From NCBI GenBank assembly GCA_040905465.1, contig JBBDRK010000049.1, forward strand, positions 1 through 64,000: a stretch of DNA of 64,000 nucleotides, in the 5' to 3' direction. Below, piece after piece: positions 1 through 9,816 of this stretch (positions are counted from its first letter, which is position 1; each line of letters opens with the position of its first letter). The notes beneath the pieces are model-generated. The model was not told where the DNA came from, did not search any database, and worked only from the letters and a program-made list of their open reading frames with translations. The position numbers were made by a program, and so were the translations under genes. The DNA is from Trueperaceae bacterium (GTDB lineage Bacteria; Deinococcota; Deinococci; Deinococcales; Trueperaceae).

Positions 1-56
1 CTCGGCTCAAGAACGGGAAAGGAACAACCGGCAACCAACATTCTGACAGAGAGGGA

Positions 57-278
57 TGCGCGTGTACACCGTGTGCCAGGGACCGTACCTTTCCGGAAGG
101 GCACGCCAAGTGCAGCCGTTGACGGCAACATGGAGAATGCCGTTCAGCACCTGCACATTGTTCAGCTTGACGTTGCCCCGCTGCACAGGCAGCAGGTGTT
201 CGATCATCTCAAACTGCTCCTCGGAAAGCTGTATGAGGCATCATAACACGCCGAAACACCTTAGCGTTAACACACCCT
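57..278 (-). mobile_element. Truncated IS5-family insertion sequence (left end plus 5' part of transposase)
   Basis: The minus strand reads IQLSEEQFEMIEHLLPVQRGNVKLNNVQVLNGILHVAVNGCTWRALPERYGPWHTVYTR, typical of the IS5 transposase N-terminus (W-R-x-L-P-x-x-Y-G-x-W-x-T-V-Y). Homology stops at about 57. The element end reads CTAG|GGTGTGTTAAC at about 266-280. Confidence 0.8.
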
Positions 279-588
279 AGAATCCTGGACCACACCGCCT
301 GTGTTTGCCGCAGTCTTCGGGTCGACCGGCCGCCAGGAAGAGAAGTCGGTTAGCGACATAGACGTACTCCTGATACGCCCCACTGGCGCCGACGCCGAAG
401 CCTGGCAGCACTCCATGTCGCACTTCGCCAGCGCCGTCTCAGGAGCAACCGGCAACGACGTCCGCCTCCTGGACCTGACTCACGGTGAGCTGTGGGACAC
501 CAGCAACGAAGCACTTCGAAAGCACCTCATCCGCGACTCGATCGTCCTGCACGGTGACCGGAACGTGCTTCACCGGCGGGCCAAGTGA
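277..588 (+). pseudogene. Minimal nucleotidyltransferase (MNT-like) domain protein, 5'-truncated by the IS
   Basis: LESWTTPPVFAAVFGSTGRQEEKSVSDIDVLLI carries the GS...SDxD polymerase-beta NTase motif. The frame runs back to the CTAG at the IS boundary. Confidence 0.65.
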
Positions 589-669
589 GCGCCTCGGCGG
601 CCAACAGACCTACCGACTAACCGAACTATCGCTACCAGATCACGCTATTTGCCAACCGGTGGCCCGATC

Positions 670-912
670 GTCGGCCAGCAGGTCTGGAAACGCTTCCGTC
701 GCAACCGTCTGGTACTGGTTGGCCTGGCGATCATCGTGCTGCTGGTATTGGTGGCGCTGTTCGTGCCTTATCTGGCGCCCAGGGACCCCTCTGCGCAGAG
801 CCTGCTGAACCGGCGTGCCGAGCCGGATAACGAGTTCGTGCTCGGCGCCGACGAATTCGGCCGCGACATCCTCTCCCGGCTCATCTTCAGCACCAGGATC
901 ACCCTCGCAGTC
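670..912 (+). pseudogene. N-terminal fragment of a DppC/OppC-type ABC permease
   Basis: VWKRFRRNRLVLVGLAII...LGADEFGRDILSRLIFSTRITLAV is the OppC N-terminus. It ends after about 80 aa, with no EAA loop. Confidence 0.75.
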
Positions 913-948
913 AGCGATCGTGACCGAGATAGCGACAGGCGGTGATGG

Positions 949-1905
949 CTAACCGGACCCGTGCGTACTCAACTTCCCGTCATTCAGCAACTTCTCGAAG
1001 TGACTGATCGTCTCCATCACGCCCTGTTCGAGAGGAGTCTCCTTCGTGGCGGGCAGGTACTCCTTCAGCCGCTCCGAAGGGAATTCCTCCGGAAACGGCA
1101 GCGGCTTCTCTACATGGGTGATTTTGCTGTCAGGCTTGACGCGGCGGATGAGTTCGACGACTTCGGCAACACTCACCGCCGGCATGCCGAGATTGAACAC
1201 GTGCGCGCCGTCGCCCGGTGCCGCGGCAGATTCGATGAACTGCAATGCCACATCCGATGCGTAGTGGAACTGCATGCGACCTCCGAAGCCGATCTCGAAA
1301 GGCACGCCGGCCGCGGCCGCCAGCATGGCCTTGGTGGGTTCACTCGTCAGGCCCTGGTCGCGCCCCACCCCATAAACCGTGTAGGGGCGCAGGCCTATGC
1401 TGCTCAGCTCGTGGTCCTGCCAGTAGATTCGCGCGCTGCCCTCGTTCGCCTGCTTGTAGACGCCGTAGAGCGTGTCGGGGTCGTGGTAGCCGCCGCCTGG
1501 CTTCTCTGCCCCGAAAGCCGCAATCGACGAGGCATACGTCACCTGTTTCAGGCCGGCTTGACGCGCCGCCTCGAACACGTTCACCGTGCCCACGACGTTG
1601 ACGTGGGCGCCAGTGACCGGATTCTCCTTGCAGAAGGGGATCTGCAGGGCCGCCAGGTGGACGATGTGGGTAACGCGCTGCTCACGTATCGTGGCCAGCA
1701 CCTTGTCGAAATCGGTGATCGCTCCCTGGACGAAGGTTATCCGCTCCTGTTCGTCCGGGTCCATCAACAGTCCGAGCCGCCTGCGGTCGTCGCTCAGGTC
1801 GAAACTCACGGCACTTACTCCGCGGGTAACCAGGTGACGGAGGACCCAGGAGCCAATGCACCCGAACGAGCCGGTGACCAGATAGGTGGGCCGACGGTCG
1901 CTCAA
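949..1905 (-). CDS. NAD-dependent epimerase/dehydratase (extended SDR)
   Basis: TGSFGCIG Rossmann motif, HLAA and YGVYK catalytic motif. Confidence 0.85.
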   Translation of the reverse strand: MSDRRPTYLVTGSFGCIGSWVLRHLVTRGVSAVSFDLSDDRRRLGLLMDPDEQERITFVQGAITDFDKVLATIREQRVTHIVHLAALQIPFCKENPVTGAHVNVVGTVNVFEAARQAGLKQVTYASSIAAFGAEKPGGGYHDPDTLYGVYKQANEGSARIYWQDHELSSIGLRPYTVYGVGRDQGLTSEPTKAMLAAAAGVPFEIGFGGRMQFHYASDVALQFIESAAAPGDGAHVFNLGMPAVSVAEVVELIRRVKPDSKITHVEKPLPFPEEFPSERLKEYLPATKETPLEQGVMETISHFEKLLNDGKLSTHGSG

Positions 1906-2813
1906 CTGCTCTCGACCATCCTGTTCAGCAGTCGCCCCAGGCTACCTACCTCGACGACCACTTCGTCACCGGGCTTCATCCACACCTTCTTCTTCATGCC
2001 CAGGATCACCCCTTCGGGAGTACCGGTGGAGATTAGGTCGCCTGGCTCGAGCGTCATGAAGCGGCTGGCGTAGCTCACCACCTGAGCGACCGAGAAGATC
2101 AGGTCAGAGGTGTTGGAGTCCTGGCGCAGCTCACCGTTGAGCCAGCAGCGCACGCTCATATCCTGTGGATCGCCGGCTTCGTCGGCAGTCACCAGGTAAG
2201 GGCCCAGCGGCATGAACTTGTCCAGCGTCTTGCCCACCAGCCACTGCCCGGTGAGCATCTGGAGATCGCGGGCACTAACATCGTTGCCGTTGCAGTACCC
2301 CAGTACGTACTCCAGCGCTTGCGATTCGGCGACGTTCTTCGCCCGCTTGCCGATCACGGCGACGAGTTCGGCTTCGTAGTCGTACTCGACCGCCCCCTTG
2401 GGCAGGGGGACGCCTTCGCCCGGATCGGCAACGCTATTGTTGAACTTCGAGAAGAGCACGGGCGTCTTGGGAGGCGACATGCCCGACTCACGGGCGTGGC
2501 GAAGATAGTTGAGGCCCACGCAGATTATCTTGCCCGGCTGCGGGACGCAGGCGCGCAACTCCAGATCATCCTCCTGGTGAAAGCAGCTTTCTAGCACCGG
2601 CTCTCCTAGTGCTCGTTGCGTAAGCTCGCCTAACCCGGGCAAGGCGTCGACGCCAGTGAGGTAGAAGGCGTCGGGGTCGGTAGAGAGTCTATCAGGCAGA
2701 GTTTCTCCATCGGCAGCCAGGGCGGCCGCCGCCTCCGCTACGTCGAGAACGCCCTTCTCGGTGACGACGCCCAGGCGTGAAGACTGCTTGGGACCAAATA
2801 CGACTATCTTCAT
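1902..2813 (-). CDS. Fumarylacetoacetate hydrolase family protein
   Basis: [22 protein letters not shown] and TGTPEG motifs. Confidence 0.9.
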   Translation of the reverse strand: MKIVVFGPKQSSRLGVVTEKGVLDVAEAAAALAADGETLPDRLSTDPDAFYLTGVDALPGLGELTQRALGEPVLESCFHQEDDLELRACVPQPGKIICVGLNYLRHARESGMSPPKTPVLFSKFNNSVADPGEGVPLPKGAVEYDYEAELVAVIGKRAKNVAESQALEYVLGYCNGNDVSARDLQMLTGQWLVGKTLDKFMPLGPYLVTADEAGDPQDMSVRCWLNGELRQDSNTSDLIFSVAQVVSYASRFMTLEPGDLISTGTPEGVILGMKKKVWMKPGDEVVVEVGSLGRLLNRMVESS

Positions 2814-2867
2814 TACTCACTCCTTCTGACGGCTGCTAGGAACACGGCCATGTGGCGCCCGTACGCC

Positions 2868-2983
2868 TCATGCGACTCGGTAACGCTCCAGCACGTCCCA
2901 GTTCAGCCCAATTCCCAAACCGGGGCGTTGGGACGGTGAAATGACTCGCCCGGCGGCACGCTCTCTGTCGACATCCAGTTCAC
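2868..2983 (-). pseudogene. Internally deleted remnant of an enolase-superfamily (MR/MLE) gene
   Basis: C-terminal tail VISPSQRPGLGIGLNWDVLERYRVA* matches the PGLGxxLxxxxLxRY end of MR/MLE proteins. A coupled GTG start overlaps the upstream stop at 2980-2983. Confidence 0.55.
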
Positions 2984-4110
2984 GGCAGGGTCTCCCCACG
3001 CGTGAACCGCCCGAGCGCATCGTGATCCAGTTCGAAGCCCAGGCCGGGGCCGTCGGGTATGGCCAGCATGCCATCTTCGTCCAACTCCCACTTCCTGGCC
3101 GAGATGTCATCTATGTAGTGCGAACCCATGAGGTATTCGACGTAGTCGGTGTCGCTAAACGCCGAGGCGAGTTGGAGATCCGCGGCCAGGCCTACCGCGG
3201 TGTTCCAACCGTGCGGAATCATCCGCACCCCGTTGTCGTTGGCCATCCAGGCGATGCGCCGTTGCTCGCTGATCCCACCGACTTTGGTCACATCCGGCTG
3301 GACGATGTCGAATGCCTGTCGCTGTAGCCAGGGAGTGAACGCCTGCCGCCTGGTGAGAACCTCGCCGCCGGCGATCGGGACGAGCGAGTGCTCCCTGAGC
3401 AGCACGTAGTCTTCCAGCGCGTCCGGCTTGAGCGGCTCCTCGAACCAGGTCACGTCGTACTCTGCCAGCATCTGGGAGGTTCGCAGCGCCCACTTGTAGC
3501 CGTGGGGCCAGAAGGCGTCGCTGCCTCCCGCGTCCACCATGAGCTGCGCAGAGTCTCCTACCGCCTCCCGCGCTGTGGCAATTATCTGCTCGTCCAGCGT
3601 GCTGCTGTGCCTGCCGAACGGGCCCCAGCCCAGCTTGAATGCACGAAAGCCCAGGCCCAGGAGCTCGCCCAGATGGTCGGCCAAAGGCTCCGGTTCGCGC
3701 ATCAGTATCGAGGCGTAGGGCCGGACTCGCTCCCGGTAGCGCCCTCCCAGCAGGCGGCTTATCGGTTGCCCCGTCACCTTGCCCAGCACGTCCCACAAGG
3801 CGATGTCGATCGCCGAGATGGCGTGGGTAAAGGTCCCTCCCCGTCCCAGCCAGAACGTGTTCTGGTGTAGTTTCTCGCTTACTCGTTCTGGCTCGATTGC
3901 CGACTCACCGAGCAGCAACGGCTCCAGCACCCGCACGGCTGCACGCACCAGCTCCACGCCGGTGAACGCACTGCCATAACCGGTTACGCCTTCGCTCATA
4001 GTAATCGCCAACAGGGTGTGGATGTTGTCGTCGGACCTAAGCTCCTGATCCCAGCCGCCTTCGGGAGTGGCGCCGTAGAGGCCCACGGTGTGGATGCCGG
4101 TAATCTTCAC
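2980..4110 (-). CDS. Mandelate racemase/muconate lactonizing enzyme family (probable acid-sugar dehydratase)
   Basis: MKIT start, AISAIDIALWD, MVDAG, WFEEP, GGE, QPD and PHGW motifs. Confidence 0.9.
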   Translation of the reverse strand: MKITGIHTVGLYGATPEGGWDQELRSDDNIHTLLAITMSEGVTGYGSAFTGVELVRAAVRVLEPLLLGESAIEPERVSEKLHQNTFWLGRGGTFTHAISAIDIALWDVLGKVTGQPISRLLGGRYRERVRPYASILMREPEPLADHLGELLGLGFRAFKLGWGPFGRHSSTLDEQIIATAREAVGDSAQLMVDAGGSDAFWPHGYKWALRTSQMLAEYDVTWFEEPLKPDALEDYVLLREHSLVPIAGGEVLTRRQAFTPWLQRQAFDIVQPDVTKVGGISEQRRIAWMANDNGVRMIPHGWNTAVGLAADLQLASAFSDTDYVEYLMGSHYIDDISARKWELDEDGMLAIPDGPGLGFELDHDALGRFTRGETLP

Positions 4111-4120
4111 GTCGTTACGC

Positions 4121-5692
4121 TCACTTGATCAATCCATCAGCTGCAGGCGAATCTGGGCGCCCGCTCCGGGAGCGCCGGAAGACCTGTACCTGCGGTTGGA
4201 ACGAGGTATCCGGCTCGAGCGGGTACATGGGGCGGCGGCAGCGGGTATGGCCCAGGCTCGGGAGATTGGCGCTGGTCGAACCGGGCGCGTCGACGTTCAG
4301 AACGAGCTGCGCCCACTGAGTGAAGAATTGCGGCTGGCAGTGCGGGGATTTGACCACGACGGCGTCGAACGCACGCGGATCCTGGCCGTGCCCCAGGAAC
4401 AGGGAGCGGTCATAGAGACTTACCGGCCGGCTGGTCACCACCAAGGTCATCTTCTGCCACTCCAGAACGGCCGTGGGGCCGCCGTGCCAGGTATCTCCAT
4501 GGGACTCACTCAGCACGTCACCGTCCGAGAGCATGCGCACGCGAGCAGTAATCGGCAGCGGCGTGAAGCGCTTTGGGTCCAATGCTCCGCCAATCGTCAC
4601 ATCCACCTCACCGCCAACACCGGCGGAGAGCGCGGCGCGAACGGCCGGCGGGTCCACGACCGGAGCCAGCACCCTGCCTTCGTAATCGGCTTCGTGCAGG
4701 GCGCGAATGATCGAGTTGCTATCACCGGATGCGCCGGAACTGGTGGCGTCGGCAGCGTCGGTAAGTATCACCGTGCCGGTAGCAGCCTTGGCCTGCTCCA
4801 CCATCTGCTCCAAACCGATCAAAGGCGCCTGGAGTCGCTCACGCACCTCCCAGAACCGTCGCGCCAACTCCAACGCCTCCCTGTGGGCGAGTTCCTCATC
4901 CCCATCAGTGACCACCACGCTGCTGCTCCCCAGCTCGGGTACGTCGGTGAAAGGGTTACCTATGAACATTCCGGCCAAGAGGCCCCGCTCGTCGGCTTCG
5001 ATCCTCTGTGCTTCGCGAATGAATTCGCCCAGCAGCCCGGTCTCGGTGATCAGCTCGTCTCCGCGCACCAGTGCCGGTATCGCCACCCGGGCGGTCACGG
5101 GCCGGGCTTCGCCAAGCAGCACGGCCAGCAGGACGCGAGCGGCACGGGCGCCTGTCTCGTAGAAGTCGACGTGAGGGTAGGTGTGGTAGGGCACCACCGC
5201 GTCGGCGTGTTCCAGCATCCTGTCCGTGAGGACCCCGTGCAGATCCAGAGAGACCACGATCGGAATCTCTTCGCCCAGGATCTTTCGGGTTCGGGCCAAC
5301 AGGTAACCCTCGGGATCCTCCTCGTTGCTGGCCGCCATGGCGCCGTGCAGACAGAAGAGCACGCCGTCCAGTCCGTCGTTTTGGTGATGCTCTAGGGCAG
5401 CCAGGAAGCTTCGCGCCAGTTCATCGAAATCGCCGCCGTTCAGTACTCCGCCCGAGGTTACCGAGCGTGCGCTGAACGCAGGCACGACCTCTACCGATCC
5501 ATCATGCCGAAAGACGTCCAGCGCCCCGGTCACCTCGCTGGCGACCCCTTGGTGGGCAAGCAACAGCTCGGCGTAGTCAGCCAGCCGGAAGTCGGAGAGG
5601 TGGCTGGGAACCGGGTTGAATGTCGAAACCTCCTGCTTGCACTCGGCTACCAGGATCCTGGGCACTCGGGCTCCTCCTCTCGCGCCGTTCAC
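4121..5692 (-). CDS. M81 (MlrC-like) metallopeptidase/deacylase
   Basis: QEVSTF, LHGAM, SLDLHG, YHTYPHVD and VVVKS motifs. Confidence 0.85.
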   Translation of the reverse strand: MNGARGGARVPRILVAECKQEVSTFNPVPSHLSDFRLADYAELLLAHQGVASEVTGALDVFRHDGSVEVVPAFSARSVTSGGVLNGGDFDELARSFLAALEHHQNDGLDGVLFCLHGAMAASNEEDPEGYLLARTRKILGEEIPIVVSLDLHGVLTDRMLEHADAVVPYHTYPHVDFYETGARAARVLLAVLLGEARPVTARVAIPALVRGDELITETGLLGEFIREAQRIEADERGLLAGMFIGNPFTDVPELGSSSVVVTDGDEELAHREALELARRFWEVRERLQAPLIGLEQMVEQAKAATGTVILTDAADATSSGASGDSNSIIRALHEADYEGRVLAPVVDPPAVRAALSAGVGGEVDVTIGGALDPKRFTPLPITARVRMLSDGDVLSESHGDTWHGGPTAVLEWQKMTLVVTSRPVSLYDRSLFLGHGQDPRAFDAVVVKSPHCQPQFFTQWAQLVLNVDAPGSTSANLPSLGHTRCRRPMYPLEPDTSFQPQVQVFRRSRSGRPDSPAADGLIK

Positions 5693-6720
5693 GGCTGCAG
5701 CACGATCTTGAGCACCTCGGGTTGGCCGTCCACCAGCTCCCGGAAGCTCTCGGGTCCCTCATCGAGGCTCCTGAGCGAGAGCCACGATTCACTCGGCGGC
5801 AGGTCGCCCCGGGCGAGGAACGAGCAGGCCGTCTCGAAGTCGTGGGGGGTGTAGGCGAATGACCCCCTGATGACCGTCTCGTTGCGCACAACCTCGTTCG
5901 CGTCGAAAGACACCTCGGGCCCGTGCAGTCCTACGAATACGACAGTCCCGCCACGCCTCACCGACTCGATCGCCTGCTTCCTTGTTGCCGCCAGGCCAAC
6001 GGCGTCTATCGCGGCGTCGAAACCTTCCCCGGGAGCCGAAGCTCGAAGAGCAGCAGGGTCCAACGACGAGGAGCCGCCACTCTGATCCGCTTCGATCGTC
6101 CGCTCCACGCCCCAACGTTTGGCGATGGCAAGGCGCGATGCGTTGGTATCCGTTATCGACACCGCTGCTCCCGCCTCCTGAGCAAGCCGGGCGGAGAGCA
6201 GCCCTATTGGCCCGGCTCCCAGCACCAGCAGCTCGTCGCCCAGACCCACGCGCGCGAGCCTCACTGCCCTGACTGCGCAGGCGACCGGTTCCGCCAGCGA
6301 AGCTATAGCCGGCGCCATTCCGGCAGGTACTGGCTGGCAGGCGACGGCAGGCACGATGACCTTTTCGGCGAAGGCGCCCGGACGATGCGCTCCTACCAGG
6401 GCGCGGTTGCTGCACAGGTTGAACCTGCCCCGGCGACAGGCGCTGCACGTGCCGCAGAAGAGCAGCGGATTCACCACCACTCGCTCACCGACTGCCGGCG
6501 ACTCCACCATCTCGCCTGCCGCTTCGATCGTGCCGCTGAACTCGTGACCCATTACCAGCGGTGGTTTTCGGAGGCTGTTGTGGCCCAGGTAGCCGGAGAG
6601 TTCGGAGCCGCATATGCCAACCGCGTCTACTCTCAGGAGCACCTCGTCGGGCCCGGGCTGGACCACGGGCAGTTCCCGCAGGTTCATTTCGCGGGGTCCC
6701 TCCCACACCAGGGCTCGCAT
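5689..6720 (-). CDS. Zn-dependent alcohol/polyol dehydrogenase (MDR)
   Basis: GICGSE, GHEFSG, CGTCSAC..C and GAGPIG motifs; start moved to MRALVWEG. Confidence 0.9.
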   Translation of the reverse strand: MRALVWEGPREMNLRELPVVQPGPDEVLLRVDAVGICGSELSGYLGHNSLRKPPLVMGHEFSGTIEAAGEMVESPAVGERVVVNPLLFCGTCSACRRGRFNLCSNRALVGAHRPGAFAEKVIVPAVACQPVPAGMAPAIASLAEPVACAVRAVRLARVGLGDELLVLGAGPIGLLSARLAQEAGAAVSITDTNASRLAIAKRWGVERTIEADQSGGSSSLDPAALRASAPGEGFDAAIDAVGLAATRKQAIESVRRGGTVVFVGLHGPEVSFDANEVVRNETVIRGSFAYTPHDFETACSFLARGDLPPSESWLSLRSLDEGPESFRELVDGQPEVLKIVLQP

Positions 6721-6749
6721 GTTGCCGGACTCGCGCTTCATCTCACGTG

Positions 6750-7165
6750 TCATACCGTGAACGCAAACTCCTGCAGCTGCGCCTCGTCGAGTTCGATCCA
6801 CAGGCCGGGCGACTGCGGTACTTTCGCGACGCCGTTTTCGACGGTAACCGGGTTCTTGACCAGGCTGGTGTTGAGCGGGTTGGGACGGATGCAGTATTCG
6901 AGGTAACGGGCCTGGGGCAGCGTAGCCAGCAGGTGGAGTGAGGCGGCTGAAACGATACCGGTACTCCAGGCATGAGGTATGCAGTCGCGGCCAAGCTCCT
7001 GGGCCCGCGCGGCAATCCGGCGCGCCTCGCTAAGCCCACCGCAACAGGAAATGTCGGGCTGTATCACGTCGACCCTGCCGCCCTCCATGAGCTCATCGAA
7101 CTCCCAGCGGGTGGTGTTCTCCTCACCCGTCGCGACAGGCGTGTCGGCGGCATCTGCCAACCGTC
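6750..7165 (-). pseudogene. C-terminal half of an MR/MLE enolase-family gene
   Basis: TPVATGE, DVIQPD, PHAW, LEY and SPGL motifs are present; the N-terminal ~230 aa are absent. Confidence 0.8.
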
Positions 7166-7184
7166 CGCCAAGCGTTGTGCTGTC

Positions 7185-7233
7185 GATTGTCGACAATGTT
7201 TGCTGTTGGACTGAGCGTAGATTGTCGACAATG
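7185..7233. promoter_or_regulatory. Two copies of palindrome GATTGTCGACAATG (GntR/FadR-type operator-like)
   Basis: Identical 14-mers at 7185-7198 and 7220-7233, each with a perfect 12-bp palindrome core ATTGTCGACAAT. Confidence 0.6.
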
Positions 7234-7267
7234 GATGACGTCAAGGCCCCGCTCGCACCCGACGGCA

Positions 7268-8740
7268 TCAGCCGATGTCTATGCTTATCGTCTTCAGGTC
7301 ACTCATCTCGCGCAGCGCATACTTGCCGCCTACCCGTCCTACGCCACTGAGCTTGCCCGAGGCGCCACCGAATGGCACGTGCAGTTCCCAGTAAGTCGAG
7401 GCGTCGTTTACGTTGACAGTCCCGGTCTTGATGCCCTCGGCGAAGTAGTAGGCGCGGCTGATGTCCTGGGTGAAGACGCTCGCCACCAGTCCATAGGTGT
7501 TGCGGTTGGCAATCTCCAGGATCTCTTCGTCGCTGACCACCTTTATCAGGGGTACCACCGGGCCAAATGTCTCCTCGAGGTTGAGCCTGCTGTCCAGGGC
7601 CACGTTGGCGAGGACCGTCGGCTCGAAGAAGAGGTCGCTTCCCAGGTCGTCGCGTGCCCGGCCACCGAACATCACGCTGGCGCCACGCTCGACACTGTCG
7701 GCGAGGTGCTCTGCGACCTTCCTGGCAACACCGGGATTGTTGAGCGGTCCCATGGTGTTCGACCTGTCGAGAGGGTCGCCCAGCCGCACCTGTTTGGCGG
7801 CGTCGACGGCACGCTCGGCGAACTCGTCGTAGACCCCGGCTCCCACCAGCACCCGCTCGGAGGAGGAGCAGACCTGCCCGGCATTTGCGAAGCAGCCGGC
7901 GCAAGTGGCGGCTATCGCCTTCTCCATGTTCGCGTCGTCGAGGACGATCACCGGCCCGTTGCCGCCCATCTCCAACAGGCACGGCTTTCCGGCGGCTCGA
8001 CGGGCGATGTGGACGCCGGTGGCAGCGCTACCGGTGAAGCCGACGGCGTCGGTGTCGTGGTGGCCCACGATCTCGTCGCCAACGACGTCGCCGGGGCCAG
8101 TCAACAGGTTCACGGCTCCTTCCGGCAGTCCCGCCTCGACCAGGCACTCCATCAGTTTCACGGCACAGACCGAGGTAGTGGGGGCAGGAACCCAGACGAT
8201 GGCATTGCCGGCAGCCAATCCCGGCGCCAGGTACTCGACCGGGATGTTCATCGGGAAGTTCCAGGGGGTGACCACCGCGTAGACGCCGCGGGGCTGATAG
8301 ATCGTGAACACCCGCTTGTTCGGATCCTCGACCCTGATCGTCTCGCCTTCGAGCCACTTGACGAGTTCGGAAGCGTTGCGGAAGCCCTCGATGGCCTTGC
8401 TCACCTCGAACATCGCCTCGGACCAGAGCGGCTTGCCCTGATCCTCGCTCAGGGTGCGGGCGAGACTCTCCTGGCGCGCCTCCATGACGTCTGCGATTGA
8501 TGCGAGCAGTTTGGAGCGCTCCCAGATAGACATCGATGCCAGTTTCGGTTGCGCCTTTCGCGCCTCACCAATCGCCAATTGGGCGTCCTCACGAGTGCCC
8601 TCGGGAAGCGTGGCTATAGTGCGGCCCGTCGCCGGGTTAAAGGCCTCGAACACCTCACCGCCGCGACTCTCGACCCAGCGCCCGCCGATCAGCATTCGCA
8701 GATCCTCTGCAGACGTACCCTTTACCGTTCCTGTCGTCAT
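7268..8740 (-). CDS. Aldehyde dehydrogenase
   Basis: PWNFP, FTGS, LEMGGN, AGQVC and EETFGP motifs. Confidence 0.92.
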   Translation of the reverse strand: MTTGTVKGTSAEDLRMLIGGRWVESRGGEVFEAFNPATGRTIATLPEGTREDAQLAIGEARKAQPKLASMSIWERSKLLASIADVMEARQESLARTLSEDQGKPLWSEAMFEVSKAIEGFRNASELVKWLEGETIRVEDPNKRVFTIYQPRGVYAVVTPWNFPMNIPVEYLAPGLAAGNAIVWVPAPTTSVCAVKLMECLVEAGLPEGAVNLLTGPGDVVGDEIVGHHDTDAVGFTGSAATGVHIARRAAGKPCLLEMGGNGPVIVLDDANMEKAIAATCAGCFANAGQVCSSSERVLVGAGVYDEFAERAVDAAKQVRLGDPLDRSNTMGPLNNPGVARKVAEHLADSVERGASVMFGGRARDDLGSDLFFEPTVLANVALDSRLNLEETFGPVVPLIKVVSDEEILEIANRNTYGLVASVFTQDISRAYYFAEGIKTGTVNVNDASTYWELHVPFGGASGKLSGVGRVGGKYALREMSDLKTISIDIG

Positions 8741-9816
8741 GGTGCCTCCCTGTCGCCCAGTAGGACCTTCTGCTCGGAAACGTCCTGCTCGACCCTCACA
8801 CTATTGCCCTCTCGCAACGATAGGTGCGCCGCGGCGCAAAGCTCCACCGCAGCGAGCGAGCTGCGACCGCTCGATACCGGCTCACCGCCGGATCTGAGGC
8901 ACTCGAGGAAGTGAGCCACCTCCTCGCGCAGCGCTCCGGTTATCCGCCCATGGAGCCTGGGCCAGTGCCTGGTTTCCGGCATCCGCCAGCCCTGCGAGTC
9001 GACGCCGATCAGATTCATGGTACGCAGGTCTACCGAAAGCATCCCCTCCTCGCCGAAGACGTCCAGCCTCACGTCACCGAAGGGCGACCACTCGGCCGGC
9101 TGGCGCTGCGGATTCCACGAGGTGGGCAGGGTCCACCCGCTCTCCACCGCCGCGATCGACCCGTCGCCGTACTCCAGGGTAGAGACCACAACATCGGGCG
9201 TTCCGAAACGCTCTTGGATGCTCCTCCTGGCGGCGGTGGCGCTCACCGACACCGGGGTCTCCCCGCGCAGCCAGTTGAGCATGTCGAAGTCGTGGACGGC
9301 GAGATAGTCGAGCACGTGGCCGGCGCTCCCGAAACGCTGCGCTTCGGTCCTGATGCCGTGGCGGCGAGCGAACACCGATACGACTCGCCCCACCACGCCT
9401 TGATGGAGCGCCAGCCGGAGGTTCGCGTAGGCCGTCTCGAAGCGCAGTATGTGCCCGACCATGAGGAGAACGCCCGCTTCCTCGCAGGCGGTGATCATCT
9501 CCTGGGCGTGCCCGACCTCGCTGGCCAGTGGCTTCTCGACCAGAACCCCCAGGCCTGCCTGGGCGGCGGCGAGCACCGGTTCGAGGTGCAGCGCGTCCGG
9601 CGTGGCGACGACCACCCCGTCCAGCTCGTGCTCGCCCAGCAACTGCTCGAGCGAGTGGGCGACCTGCGCTCCCCAGGGCGAAGCAACTCTCTGCGCAGCC
9701 TCCTCATCAGTGTCGTATACCGCCGCCAGCGTCGCTCCCGGCGACTGCGACAGCGTGGCCGCGTGCAGTGAGCCCATGAAGCCGCAGCCAACCAGGCCGA
9801 TCCGAAGCTCCCTCAC
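8737..9816 (-). CDS. Gfo/Idh/MocA family oxidoreductase
   Basis: GLVGCGFMG, EKPLA, GHILRF and AVHDFD motifs; GTG start overlaps the IclR stop. Confidence 0.88.
   Translation of the reverse strand: MRELRIGLVGCGFMGSLHAATLSQSPGATLAAVYDTDEEAAQRVASPWGAQVAHSLEQLLGEHELDGVVVATPDALHLEPVLAAAQAGLGVLVEKPLASEVGHAQEMITACEEAGVLLMVGHILRFETAYANLRLALHQGVVGRVVSVFARRHGIRTEAQRFGSAGHVLDYLAVHDFDMLNWLRGETPVSVSATAARRSIQERFGTPDVVVSTLEYGDGSIAAVESGWTLPTSWNPQRQPAEWSPFGDVRLDVFGEEGMLSVDLRTMNLIGVDSQGWRMPETRHWPRLHGRITGALREEVAHFLECLRSGGEPVSSGRSSLAAVELCAAAHLSLREGNSVRVEQDVSEQKVLLGDREAP

Noticed and set aside
961-2073. Long antisense ORFs (this one and, for example, 7175-8500, 21497-22954, 31982-33286, 35722-37122)
   Set aside because: Shadow frames of well-supported opposite-strand genes, expected in high-GC DNA
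4121-5692. Microcystin degradation gene mlrC
   Set aside because: No mlrA/mlrB/mlrD present; only the family-level call is supported
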